DNA of 63,999 nt, the filler included, from Octopus bimaculoides (taxonomy: Eukaryota), in NCBI RefSeq assembly GCF_001194135.2. It is 7 parts of 7 records of this genome, joined end to end, with 100 filler letters (N's around TTAATTAATTAA, not from the genome) between each part and the next. Parts side by side here need not be neighbours in the genome. Positions count along the whole stretch, not along the records: positions 23,410 to 29,613 come from NC_068982.1; positions 29,714 to 35,297 come from NC_068998.1; positions 35,398 to 50,851 come from NC_068987.1; 4 more parts are not named here. One strand, 5' to 3'. The notes under the pieces were generated by a model. It ran no database searches, was not told the DNA's origin, and saw nothing but the letters and a program-made list of their open reading frames with translations. The position numbers and the translations under genes were made by a program. Shown here piece by piece: positions 26,680 to 37,894 of the stretch (position 1 is its first letter; every line of letters starts with the position of its first letter).

Positions 26680-27262
26680 GTAATAAGCCTTGTGAGTGGA
26701 TCTGGTAGATGAAAACTGAAAGATATATATATATATATATAATTAGTCCTGCTGCATAGTACTTTGCCTCAGGCCGGCTTGTGAGTGGATTTGAAAGACA
26801 AAAACTGAAAAAAGCCTGTCATATGTATATATTTATGTGTGTATGTTTGTGTCTCTTTGTCGCCACCGCCATTGCTTGACAACTGATGTTGGTGTGTTTA
26901 CATCCCTGTAACTTAGTGGTTCAGCTGCAGAGACTGATAGAATAAGTTCAGGGGTCAATTTCTTTAACTAAAAGATGATGTTCCAGCATGGCCACAGTCA
27001 AATGACTGAAACAAGTAAGAGTGTGTGTGTGTGTGTCTTTGTGTCTGGTTTTGTTCCCACCCACCCATTATTTGACAACTGGTGCTAGTGTGTTTACATC
27101 CCCATCAGGTAGCAGTTTAACAATAGAGACTGATAGAATAAGTACAAGGCTTTAAAAAATGAAGTACTGGGGCCAATACATTCAACTAAAATAAGAAAGA
27201 AATTCTTGAAGCTGGTGCCCCAGCATGGGCACAGTCTAATGACTGAAACAGATAAAAGAGAT
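26680..27262 (+). mobile_element. Cluster of SINE family A partial copies
   Basis: gccttgtgagtggat appears twice, followed by two successive 3' halves ending near 27020 and 27262. Confidence 0.75.
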
Positions 27263-27271
27263 ATGTAGAGA

Positions 27272-27311
<40 letters not shown>

Positions 27312-27993
27312 TGTGTGTGAGTTTGTGTGTGTATCTTTTCAAGTGTTAAGAAGCAACTATAATATCCTTTTCAGACAGGTAACTTTAAATATGAGCACGT
27401 ATGCTATTATATCCAGTTATTTAACAACCTACGCATAATCATATAATCATTGATGAGTCAAAATTCCTTTCTTGGCCACTTCACTTCTCTTAGTATATGT
27501 GTGTATGTGTGGGTGTATGGCTGTCTGTGAGACACTGTATGTGTGTTATGTGTATGCTATGTGTGTTTTCTTCACCTTTGTCACTTCATTTTCTATTGTC
27601 ACTCCTTTCAATACTCAAGCAATTTCTTCATAGCTTCAGTGACTTTCGCTGCAAATGTTAACTAGGACACATCTTTCTTTCTTTGTATTTTATTTCTATC
27701 TCATTTTGGTGAATTCCCTTACAAATGGACTTTACCTCTTTTTAGTCAGACTTAATATTGTTCTGCCACTGTTGAATTGAACTCACAAAATTTATTTCAA
27801 TAACAGCATCTGAGTTTTAATTTATTCACTTTATTTTAAGAAATGAACCTATATAATGGAGCTTGAATCTGTAGCATGGTCAAGACATGTCATGAGTGAA
27901 AAATCTCTTGCAGTTTGTACCCATGGTTAACAAGTCTGAACATAATTCTTATCAGCTTGACATTTTTATGAAAAAAATATTGTTTTCATCTAG

Positions 27994-28562
27994 AGGTGCA
28001 GTCGTGGCTGTGTTATAAGAAGTTTGCTTTTCAACCACACAGTCCCAGGTTCAGTCCCACTGTGTGACGCTTTGGGCAAGTGTCTTCTGCTATAGCCTTG
28101 GGCTGACCAAAGCCTTGTGAGCAGGTTTGATAGATGGAAACTGGAAACTGAAGGAAGCCCAATGTATCTATGTATGTAGGTATGTATTTGTGTGTATATA
28201 CGTATATAAATATATATATATATATANNNNNNNNNNNNNNNNNNNNNNNNNNNNNNNNNNNNNNNNNNNNNNNNNNNNNNNNNNNNNNNNNNNNNNNNNN
28301 NNNNNNNNNNNNNNNNNNNNNNNNNNNNNNNNNNNNNNNNNNNNNNNNNNNNNNNNNNNNNNNNNNNNNNNNNNNNNNNNNNNNNNNNNNNNNNNNNNNN
28401 NNNNNNNNNNNNNNNNNNNNNNNNNNNNNNNNNNNNNNNNNNNNNNNNNNNNNNNNNNNNNNNNNNNNNNNNNNNNNNNNNNNNNNNNNNNNNNNNNNNN
28501 NNNNNNNNNNNNNNNNNNNNNNNNNNNNNNNNNNNNNNNNNNNNNNTATACATACATATGCA

Positions 28563-28602
<40 letters not shown>

Positions 28603-28840
28603 TGTGTATGTGTATGTGTGTGTCTTTGTGTCTGTGTTTGTCCCCCACCACCACCTTGACAACTGGTGCTGGTGTGTTTACATCCCTGTAACTTAGCAGT
28701 TCAGCAAAAGAGAATGATAGAATAATACCTGACTTTAAAAAAGCACTGGGTGGGGGCGACGTTTTTCAACTAGAATTCTTTAAGACTGTACTCAGGGTCA
28801 CAGTCTAACAACTGGAACAAGCGAAAGGTAAAAAATAAAA
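27994..28840 (+). mobile_element. SINE family A with expanded internal microsatellite (gap 28227-28546)
   Basis: Head at 27994-28165, a (TA)n/N gap, and the 3' half at 28620-28840. Confidence 0.85.
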
Positions 28841-29013
28841 AATATACCCGCTTTCTGTTCATGTGCAGTGACATGGTTCACTGCACATACAGCATATTTG
28901 AAATTGAGAGCAATTACTGTGCTTTAATGGGAAAGTATGTAGGTTTGAAACACAGTTTTGACTTTGTCTGAAACACAGTTTTGGCTTTGTATCTTTTCAC
29001 TATATTTTGTTTG

Positions 29014-29613
29014 TATTGCTGTGTGGTCAAGAAGGTCACTTTGCAACCATGTGGTTTGTAATTCAGTCCTGCTGCACACCATCCTGATACCCTGAGCAAG
29101 TATCTTCTACTATTTGCTCTAGGCTGGCCAATGTCTTGTGAGTGAATTTGGTTTATGGAAACTGTGTGGAAGCCCTTCTGAAGACCTGTTGAGGCAAGTG
29201 AAATCGAAATCAAGTTAAGTTGGACACTAAACCTCACTTGCGAAGACCTGTTGAGGCAAGTGCAATAGAAATAGATCGTTGCCGTGCACCTGAACTGGCT
29301 ATTGTGCGGGGCCGTTGTAGGATTTTTGAGCGAGATCGTTGCCAGTGCTCCTGGACTGGCCCATATGCGGGCAACACATGAAATCTTTCGAGCGGGATCG
29401 TTGCCAGTGCCTTTGGACTGGCTCATGTGTGGGCGACACATGAAATCTTTCGAGCGAGATCGTTGCCAGTGCCCCTGGACTGGCTCATGTGCGGGCGACA
29501 CATGAAATCTTTCGAGCGGGATCGTTGCCAGTGCTCCTGGACTGGCTCATGTGCGGGTGACACATGAAATATTTCGAACGAGATCGTTGCCAGTGCCCCT
29601 GGACTGCCTCTTG
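29014..29613 (+). mobile_element. SINE family A head fused to an RTE-3'-UTR-like segment with a 62-bp tandem array
   Basis: The SINE head runs 29014-29176. It is followed by the duplicated motif gaagacctgttgaggcaagtg and units at 29328, 29390, 29452, 29514 and 29576 (period 62), which are homologous to the reverse complement of the 66-bp units. Confidence 0.8.
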
Positions 29614-29916
29614 NNNNNNNNNNNNNNNNNNNNNNNNNNNNNNNNNNNNNNNNNNNNTTAATTAATTAANNNNNNNNNNNNNNNNNNNNNNNNNNNNNNN
29701 NNNNNNNNNNNNNAAACACACACTCACATGTAGATGCATCTCCACATGAGCATCTATCTATCTGACACATCTTTATCAATCTATCCTTCTTCTTTCTCAA
29801 TTCAGATCTGAAAGTACCATGACACTAGGCAGAGCTGGTGACCACATACTCAACGCAGCATCAACGACAAAGAAAGGTGGATGTCAGGAACCGAGTGAAT
29901 TTGTGGCCATACTTAC

Positions 29917-29928
29917 TGTGAAATGGTG
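29917..29928 (-). CDS. Candidate 12-nt in-frame microexon (HHFT) downstream of the 32-nt INPP5A exon
   Basis: Minus strand: long T run + gttatgtttag | CACCATTTCACA | gtaagtatgg. Splice signals are near consensus and the frame is preserved. There is no homology or expression support. Confidence 0.3.
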
Positions 29929-30007
29929 CTAAACATAACAAAAAAAAAAAAAAATCCAAGGTCATTTTTCATTCATCATCTTCCAGCATAATTAACAACC
30001 AATCACC

Positions 30008-30105
30008 GCAACTTTTGGTCAACCCGAGGCTATTATAGAAGACACCTGACCAAGGTGCCGCACAGTAGGACTGAACCCATGACCATATGGTCAAGAAGTA
30101 AATTT
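30008..30105 (-). mobile_element. SINE family A head fragment
   Basis: cttttggtcaacccgaggctattatagaagacacctgaccaaggtgccgcacagtaggactgaaccc. Confidence 0.7.
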
Positions 30106-31394
30106 CATAGTAATATGCTGCAGTTTTTGTTGTAGTAGTAATAATAGTAGTAGTAGTAGTAGTAGTAGCGGCCGCAGCTGTGACTCTGTGAAGGACTTTA
30201 TACCAAGAGCCTGAAGACATGTTTGAAACATTTGATGTTAAGTCATACCAATGACCACTGGTGGCGGTGGTGGTGATGATGGTGGTGGTGGAGAGGGCAA
30301 CAGAGGTGGTGTGTTTAAGCCTAAAGGATGGGGGATGGACAATAGGGAGATGAAAAGGGACAGAAGTTAGAATAACACCCACACACACAAAGAGTTTATA
30401 TAAAAACAATGAGGGGAGGGAAACAATAAGATGAGAGCGGGGGGGGTGGAAGAAGGTGATGAAGTGGGGAGAGGAGTGACCACTTTTTCACACTGGTCAC
30501 CTTCCTCCACTGAAGGACTCACAGTTGCACTGGTCAGTTATGATTGATGGTCAGTAAGGAGAAGGTGAGTGGCAGCTGTGAGAAGAAGGAAAAAAAGTAA
30601 CAGAAACAAAACAAAGAAACTGGCCCGTGGTTTGGGAGGGGGCGGGGGTAATCCAGTTTGGGAAGGTGGTGGTTGTTGTTGTTGGGATAGTAGTGGTGGT
30701 GGTGGTGCTAGTTCTATTATTATTACTGGTGGTGGTGGGCTATTGTCTTCAGTTGTGGGTCCACTAGCTGACTTAAAATGGCTTCATTTATTCATCAATA
30801 CAGATGAAGTTGAAGGTTGGGAGGTGGGGGGGAGGGACAGGAAGCGGTCCTTCTTCCCACCCCAATTCACACCAATGGAGCTTGGGGTGGACAGACAGCT
30901 GGGCATGATGTAAGGGGTTTATGGGAGACAAGATGTGGTGTGTGTGTGTGTGTGTGTGTAGGAGGAGCAAATAATACAGTTCAGGTGGTCAGTTTTGGAT
31001 GGGACAGAGTTTAGCAGCAAAGTTTGGTTGTTTTAGTGGATTGGGTAGTTCTAGGGTAAAAGAACCCAGCTGGATTACAAACATACACATGCGTACATAG
31101 ATGCATACACAGAAATACATGCATAAATGCATGTGCCTATATATGTGTGTGTTTGTTCTTAAACACAGGGCCATTCAGTTACCTAAGGCTGATGAGTTAG
31201 GTCTGTTTGACAAGCCCACGAGTGAAACTGGGTTTATTTAATGAGATACACCTTGAAAAATCACCTGACAAGACACATATAGGTTAGAGTTCTCTTCAAC
31301 TCATCTTTTAAAGGTGTACAGAAACCCATTGTTTGGAAAACAGATAAATGACTTTGCTGTTTCTGAGATAAAGGTTCCTCATGTCAGCAGCCAT

Positions 31395-31439
<45 letters not shown>

Positions 31440-31509
31440 CAGCCCTTCTATTCCTTGACCTCTCTCCCATTGGCAAACTCCTTGTTTACCCACAACTTGA
31501 TAGATATTT

Positions 31510-31645
31510 TATTTTATTGACCCCCCCTGAAAGCATGAAAGACAAAGTTGACCTTGGCAGGATTTGAACTCAGAATGTAAAGACTTGGAAGAAACGCTGC
31601 TAAGCATTTTGTCTGATGCATTAATGATTCTACCAGCTAACTGCA
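31510..31645 (-). mobile_element. SINE family B, 5' part, followed by (AAT)n(AAC)n
   Basis: gaaagacaaagttgaccttggcaggatttgaactcagaatgtaaag..gattctaccagcta. Confidence 0.75.
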
Positions 31646-31666
31646 TTAATAATGATGATGACAATG

Positions 31667-31712
<46 letters not shown>

Positions 31713-31743
31713 CAACAACAACCAAAAAATGGCAAACACTTAC

Positions 31744-31775
31744 CTCTCGACCTTCAACCGTAAGAAACTTGCTGG
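31744..31775 (-). CDS. INPP5A: Next internal coding exon (32 nt, phase 1 to 0) of INPP5A
   Basis: Acceptor cattctcatttcag, donor GAG|gtaagtg. It joins the 64-nt exon in frame to give ASKFLTVEGRE, against human AKKYRKVAGKE. Across both exons 13 of 32 residues are identical with no gaps (human sequence from memory). Confidence 0.82.
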
Positions 31776-32094
31776 CTGAAATGAGAATGGTAATCTGAAG
31801 AGAGACTGCGAAGAGATGGATTGTTCCCAGAAATCATAAGGTAAATAAGAAAACAGCCAATGAAAAAACAGAGACTAATGTATTATGATGAATTAAGAGG
31901 TGAAACAGGCAGACCAGTCAATTGGTCTGATTTTGAACTGTGAAGGGAAGCCTAGCATATATGGGCCTGATCTGTGAGTAGGTTCAAGACACAACCTGTG
32001 ACTGTCCTGAGTGGGGACCTTTTGTAGCTCAATGCGCCATAGGGAGCTGGAGGAAGGAAATCAACCTTGGTTAATTCAGGGTGGATATAATATA

Positions 32095-32268
32095 CCTCTT
32101 TAACATTCAGGTTACTCTGTCAACTCAACAGTAAGGGTCGTTTTGAATTAATCGTTCGTTATCTTGTAGCCTCAAGCCTTTGATGATGCGATTGTTTGTT
32201 CTTAGAATGACATTGCAGGGTTGGTATGAGAGGCCAGATCTGGCCAGTTTGAATGTTAAAAAGGGTTA
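32095..32268. mobile_element. Short piggyBac-like MITE remnant
   Basis: The right end is tgaatgttaaaagggTTAA. The left end cctctttaacattca is its degenerate inverted copy. CCC..GGG termini next to TTAA are a piggyBac hallmark. Confidence 0.5.
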
Positions 32269-32459
32269 AAGGTCTATCTGTATTTATTTATGAAGCCTAC
32301 CAGAAACATTGGTCACACAAATGTTTCGGTATTGCATATTGATATAACTCAATGACTATCCTACACATGAACTTAATCCTGAACAAACAAGGGGGCCTCA
32401 AGAGGGTAGCCAACCTGCTAGAAATAGCAGCCAAATCTCCCTCAAATCATAATCCTCTT

Positions 32460-32686
32460 ATTTCTTTATTGCCCATAAGGGGCTAAACATAGAGGGGACA
32501 AACAAGGACAGACAAAGGGATTAAGTCGATTACATCGACTGCAGTGCGTTACTGGTACTTAATTTATTGACCCCGAAAGGATGAAAGGCAAAGTCAACCT
32601 CGGCGGAATTTGAACTCAGAACATAAAGACAGACGAAATACCGCAAAGCATTTCGCCCGGCGCGCTAACGTTTCTGCCAGCTCGCC
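32460..32686 (-). mobile_element. SINE family B, full length and young
   Basis: Sense head ggcgagctggcagaaacgttagcgcgccgggcgaaatgc..gagttcaaattccgccgagg (B box). The hexamer cctctt flanks both sides (possible TSD). Confidence 0.9.
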
Positions 32687-32819
32687 TCTTGTCATACAAA
32701 TGGAAGGTCACATGGTATAATGTAGCCATATGGTATATTACAGCTGGAACCTCTACACTGGCTTGCCAGAGGAAGTCTAGGATTAAAATGCAAGAATAGG
32801 GTACACTATTCACACTTAC

Positions 32820-32883
32820 CTTCAAAGTCCCATATTTCTGCCACATCCACATCGACATGAACAAAATAGAGATTGCCCAGAGC
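32820..32883 (-). CDS. INPP5A: Internal coding exon (64 nt, phase 0 to 1) of type I inositol-1,4,5-trisphosphate 5-phosphatase
   Basis: On the minus strand: acceptor tctctctactttctatgcttcag, exon ALGNLYFVHVDVDVAEIWDFE(G), donor G|gtaagtg. It matches my recollection of human INPP5A ALGSFYFLHESLKNIYQFDFK, which I recall as a 64-nt exon with the same phases. Confidence 0.88.
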
Positions 32884-34169
32884 CTGAAGCATAGAAAGTA
32901 GAGAGACATTCTGATATGAGAGGATTGGTGATAACGATAAATTGGTGACATCATCACAGAATAGACAGACAAGCAAACTATAGTTGTTGCAAGAGGGTTT
33001 CACTTATGTAATATTCTGAGGTGAAAAACCTTTTGATCAACTGCAATTATGCAAGCAATTAATAATTAAAAACTCCCTTTTATATTTTTGTAAGAAAAAT
33101 TTCTATAGTGAACAAATTACTGTAAACAACTACATGTGGGTGTATATGTAAGCTAAGTAGTATGTGTGTGTGTGTGTATATAGCAACCTGGTATATATAT
33201 AGCAACATAGAGGGTATATATATATACGTATATAATTGGTGTATATGTAGCTGCATGGTGAGTGTGTATGTAGCCGCATGGTGAGATTATATAGGTAGCT
33301 AAATTGTAGGTGTATATAAAAACTATATGGTGGAAACAACTGGGTGTACAAACACTTATATGGTGACAAATATTGTATCCTAAGTGTGTATATATTACAA
33401 CTATATACACACTGGTAAAGCAAGTATATAATATAACAGCAGACTTCATTATATTCAATACAGAGACAAAACAGAAAACTTTTTTTTTTAGAAATCAATC
33501 CCAGTCAGGGATTGAACCCACATCTCCAGCTATGACACTGGTTGTTTAAGGGATCATTAATTAGAATTAATGATAATAAGCAGTCACTTTTATATCCTTT
33601 AATGGCCACAGAATATGTGAGTTCAATACAATGGCTTTCCAAAACTGATTGTTTTTGTTTTTTTGGTCTCTTTTATGTCTGCAACACATAAAAAGAAATA
33701 TTCTTTCACGTACACACACACACAATGATACACATATACATACTTACATATGCCACATTTGCAAACACACAAAGGCACACGCATATATCCAAATACTAAA
33801 CACATAGGTGTATTGTACACATACACACGCACACACACATACGCACAAATGAAAATTGGATAGCAAAATGAAGGTGGAGTGTGTAAAAAACATAAAATAA
33901 AAACTATTAAAAAAAAACCCTAACCCTCTAATCTACCCAGTGAAGAAGTGATTGTCAGCAATTTATTGTAATAAGTAGAGAGGCCAGTTGTGAGCCAATA
34001 TTGATGATATTAGTGATGAAAGGACTGTCCTTTGGCCATTTCATTATGATATAGAAGGTGATGGTCACATTAAACAGACAACCATTAGCTAACTAGATGC
34101 CGAAAACTAGAATTAATAACAAACATATATATAGGGTGGGTGGGGGAATACAACAGAAAAAACAATATC

Positions 34170-34207
<38 letters not shown>

Positions 34208-34500
34208 GATATATATATATATNNNNNNNNNNNNNNNNNNNNNNNNNNNNNNNNNNNNNNNNNNNNNNNNNNNNNNNNNNNNNNNNNNNNNNNNNNNNNN
34301 NNNNNNNNNNNNNNNNNNNNNNNNNNNNNNNNNNNNNNNNNNNNNNNNNNNNNNNNNNNNNNNNNNNNNNNNNNNNNNNNNNNNNNNNNNNNNNNNNNNN
34401 NNNNNNNNNNNNNNNNNNNNNNNNNNNNNNNNNNNNNNNNNNNNNNNNNNNNNNNNNNNNNNNNNNNNNNNNNNNNNNNNNNNNNNNNNNNNNNNNNNNN

Positions 34501-34531
<31 letters not shown>

Positions 34532-35248
34532 CACATTCTGTTTATTGCAAGTAGACACACACAAACACACATATTTAGTGAGAAAAGATAAACGTAGCTT
34601 AATATACACATATAAGCTTCATACTTTCACATACATATTCCCACACACACACACACACATACATATATGAGAGAAAAAGAGAGAGACATGCATACACACG
34701 CATATATATATGAGACAGTGAGAGAGACATACATACACACACACACACATCTATCCTTCAATCTATCTATCTATCCATACACACACACACATACATATGT
34801 ATGCTCACAGACACATATTTTGAGAAAATATATACACACATACAAAGTTCATACATGTATATACACATTCTCATATGTGTGCGTGTGTGTATGTTTTTAG
34901 TGTGTGTATATATATGTATACACACACACATGCATGCACGCACAGACATAGGCACACATAAACACTTACATGGTGTTTATGAATGAGTCTGATGGGTGAG
35001 AGAAGCTGTGTGCGTTAAGGAAAAAATTATTGATAAATTGTAAGGGGGACCATAAAAAAAAAAACACAAAACACACACAGTCGGCAGGAAGACAGCAAGA
35101 CGACTGCGATATTAAACGACGAAAGAAGAAATAATTGGAAGGTTTTTAGCAATGATTTGGTCAGATAAAAATAGAACAAGGAAACTATTTTTTTGTTCCA
35201 TTCGTTCTCTGTTATTCATGTATTTATATGTTTTTTTTTTTATATGTA

Positions 35249-35297
<49 letters not shown>

Positions 35298-35509
35298 NNN
35301 NNNNNNNNNNNNNNNNNNNNNNNNNNNNNNNNNNNNNNNNNTTAATTAATTAANNNNNNNNNNNNNNNNNNNNNNNNNNNNNNNNNNNNNNNNNNNNTCA
35401 ATACAGTAAACATAAAAGCACCACAGCAAACCACAGCACATACCCAAGGCGCACAGAGCTGTGCTCGGTAGTGAAGTGAAAGCACGTTATAAAAATAAAA
35501 CTACTGAAC

Positions 35510-35643
<134 letters not shown>

Positions 35644-35719
35644 CTGCGAATGCTAGGGTGGTGAAGGGATTTGAGAACCCTTCACTTATAACATAACCCA
35701 ATGGCCTGCGCAAAACATA

Positions 35720-36019
35720 GCCTCAGATAGTCAAGACCAACCTCTGAACTGCTGAGGGTGAAGCCGTTTGGTACTGTTCCCTGTATACGACCAATAAGAT
35801 ACTTTTTGGCCAAGTCTAGTGTAGATATAAACACACTGCATCATTACACCTTTCGTAGTATTTCTGCTCAATGAATTTACAAGCAAATACATGGGTCATA
35901 CTCTTCGCTTCTGCACAACTGAGCTGATAATATTTGACTTTCGGTTTCACACCTCTAGTAACTTTTTCGACTACATCTGTTACTTCTCTTTTGGGGGGAA
36001 TTTTCGTATTTTTTCCCAA
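35720..36019 (-). mobile_element. Possible pogo/CENP-B-type transposase remnant
   Basis: KVKYYQLSCAEAKSMTHVFACK resembles the YYGLS..E.R.LAY.FA motif of pogo-type HTH domains. The similarity is short. Confidence 0.35.
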
Positions 36020-36087
36020 GTAGATTTTGTTAATACAACGTAAATATTTTTGTATTTAATCGGTAGTTTCCTTATAATTTTCCCTTT

Positions 36088-36290
36088 CTTCTTTTATGTC
36101 TTGTTCCATTCGTTAGACTGCGGGCATACCGGGGCACCGCCATGAATTTTTAGCCGAATGAATCCTCTACTACTTCTTTTTATTCTATCGGTCGTTTTGC
36201 TGAGCTGCTAAGTTACGAGGACGTAAACATACCAACACCCGTTGTCAAGCGGTGGTGGTGGACAAAAACAAACAGAAAAACACACACACC
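36088..36290 (-). mobile_element. SINE family A, 3' half
   Basis: ttattctatcggtcgttttgctgagctgctaagttacgaggacgtaaacataccaacacccgttgtcaagcg. Confidence 0.75.
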
Positions 36291-36340
36291 CGTAGATAAA
36301 TATACACATACATACACACACTGATATATATACACACACA

Positions 36341-37686
36341 CACAAACGTGACAGAAGTAACTAAACACCTCATAAAACATCGTTTTATGTTTATTCTAAC
36401 TTGTAAATGTTTATATCTTATTTTTAATTGACATTTTCATGCTTCAGGTTCTATATGTGACTGTTTAATCAGGCCATGTACAGAAGAAGACTTGGAATTG
36501 TCTTAATTTCAAAGGGGTCATATTGTGGGTCAATCTGAAGGTGGACATAGCATAAAATTGCAGAAAAACTAGGGATTCCGCTTCCTACAGTTACTAGAGT
36601 GATTGTGCAATTCACCAGAGAGAAAGGAAGGAGTCCACATTCTCGCGCCCAGGTGGACCAGGGCTCTCTGACAGGACCCTTCTCTTTGTTAAGAGAAGTG
36701 TGGAGGATAATCCTCGTTGCAATGCTTCTGACATAGCAGAACACGTTGATGTCAGTCCCAGAACAGCAGTCTGGTATCTCCACAAACTTGGTTACTATGG
36801 AAGAACAGCAAGAAGGAAGTCACTTCATTGACCTGCAATATCAAGTGCAAAAAAGATTGGCCCAGTGAGGTGATAGAGAGGCCACTAGCATTTTGTAACA
36901 CTGTCATATTCTCCAATGAGATTTGCTGTATTTTCTGACAGTGATGTGTGGGTCTGGAGACTCTGTGATCAAGAGTTTGACGGGAAAAGATTGCAACCAA
37001 CAATGAAACATGGCAGTTGTTCTGTGATGGTCTGGGGATCAATTTGGAGCAATGGTTAATCAGAGCTGATGGAGCGTAAGGGAAACTTAAACTCTGATAA
37101 ATATATGGCCATATTGCAGAAAGGACTTCTTCCAATCTTCTCCAGGGGTGAAATGATTAAAGAAGACTATTTATGGCTGATGGGGCTCCTTGTCACACGG
37201 CTAAGATGACCCAAGATTTGTTGGATGAGATGGCATTAAAAAGTTTCCATGGCCAAGCCAGTCACCAGGTATAAACCATATTGAACACCTCTGAGGCATA
37301 ATGGACAGGACACTTCATAAAAAGAACAAGAAAGCATCTTCAAAGCAATTTTTTTTTTAGATTACTGCATGAAATTCGGGAAGAAATTCCTCAAGAGAAT
37401 ATTCGTCACCTGTGTGTTGCCAGAGAACATAGATCATAGATAGGTATTTGGGAAGTAAAGTTAAAATTTTCTTGCAGTATGTTGTAGAAATCAATAATCT
37501 AATCAGCGGAAGTATTAAGAACAAGGATGTTACAAAAGGATTCAGACAAAAAACAGCATGGGACATGTAAACTAAATATCAAACATTCACAATATAACAA
37601 TTAACAAATGATCTGACTGTATAATTTTAGATTTAAATAAATTTTAACGATTATAAGTATGTCTATTCACTTCTGTCATTCTGTAC
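36341..37686 (+). mobile_element. Tc1-family (DD34E) transposon, near full length, decayed
   Basis: Peptides FQRGHIVGQSEGG, KRSVEDNPRCNASDIAEHVDVSPRTAVWYLHKLGYYGRTARRK, VIFSNE, LFMADGAPCHTAK and EIPQENIRHL. Degenerate TIRs share tgacagaagt (36349-36358) and acttctgtca (37669-37678). Confidence 0.85.
37411..37553 (+). repeat. 143-bp perfect inverted copy of 37888-38030
   Basis: The two copies are identical base for base on manual comparison, and the ORF track gives identical peptides from both. Confidence 0.95.
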
Positions 37687-37852
37687 ATACGACAGGCTTC
37701 TTTCAGCTTCCATCTACCAAATCCACTCACAAGGCTTTTGGTTGAGCCGAGGCTATAGTAGAAGACACTTGCCCAGGGTGCTACGCAGTGGTACTGAAAC
37801 CGGAACTGTGGTTGAGAAGGAAGCTTCTTAACCAAAAGCCACGCCTGCACCA
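37687..37852 (-). mobile_element. SINE family A, 5' half
   Basis: cgacaggcttctttcagcttccatctaccaaatccactcacaaggctttt..aagacacttgcccagggtgctacgcagtgg..gccacgcctgc. Confidence 0.85.
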
Positions 37853-37855
37853 ATA

Positions 37856-37859
<4 letters not shown>

Positions 37860-37894
<35 letters not shown>

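Noticed and set aside
33915-33928. accctaaccct telomere-like fragment
   Set aside because: It has fewer than two full units, so it is not distinguishable from chance.
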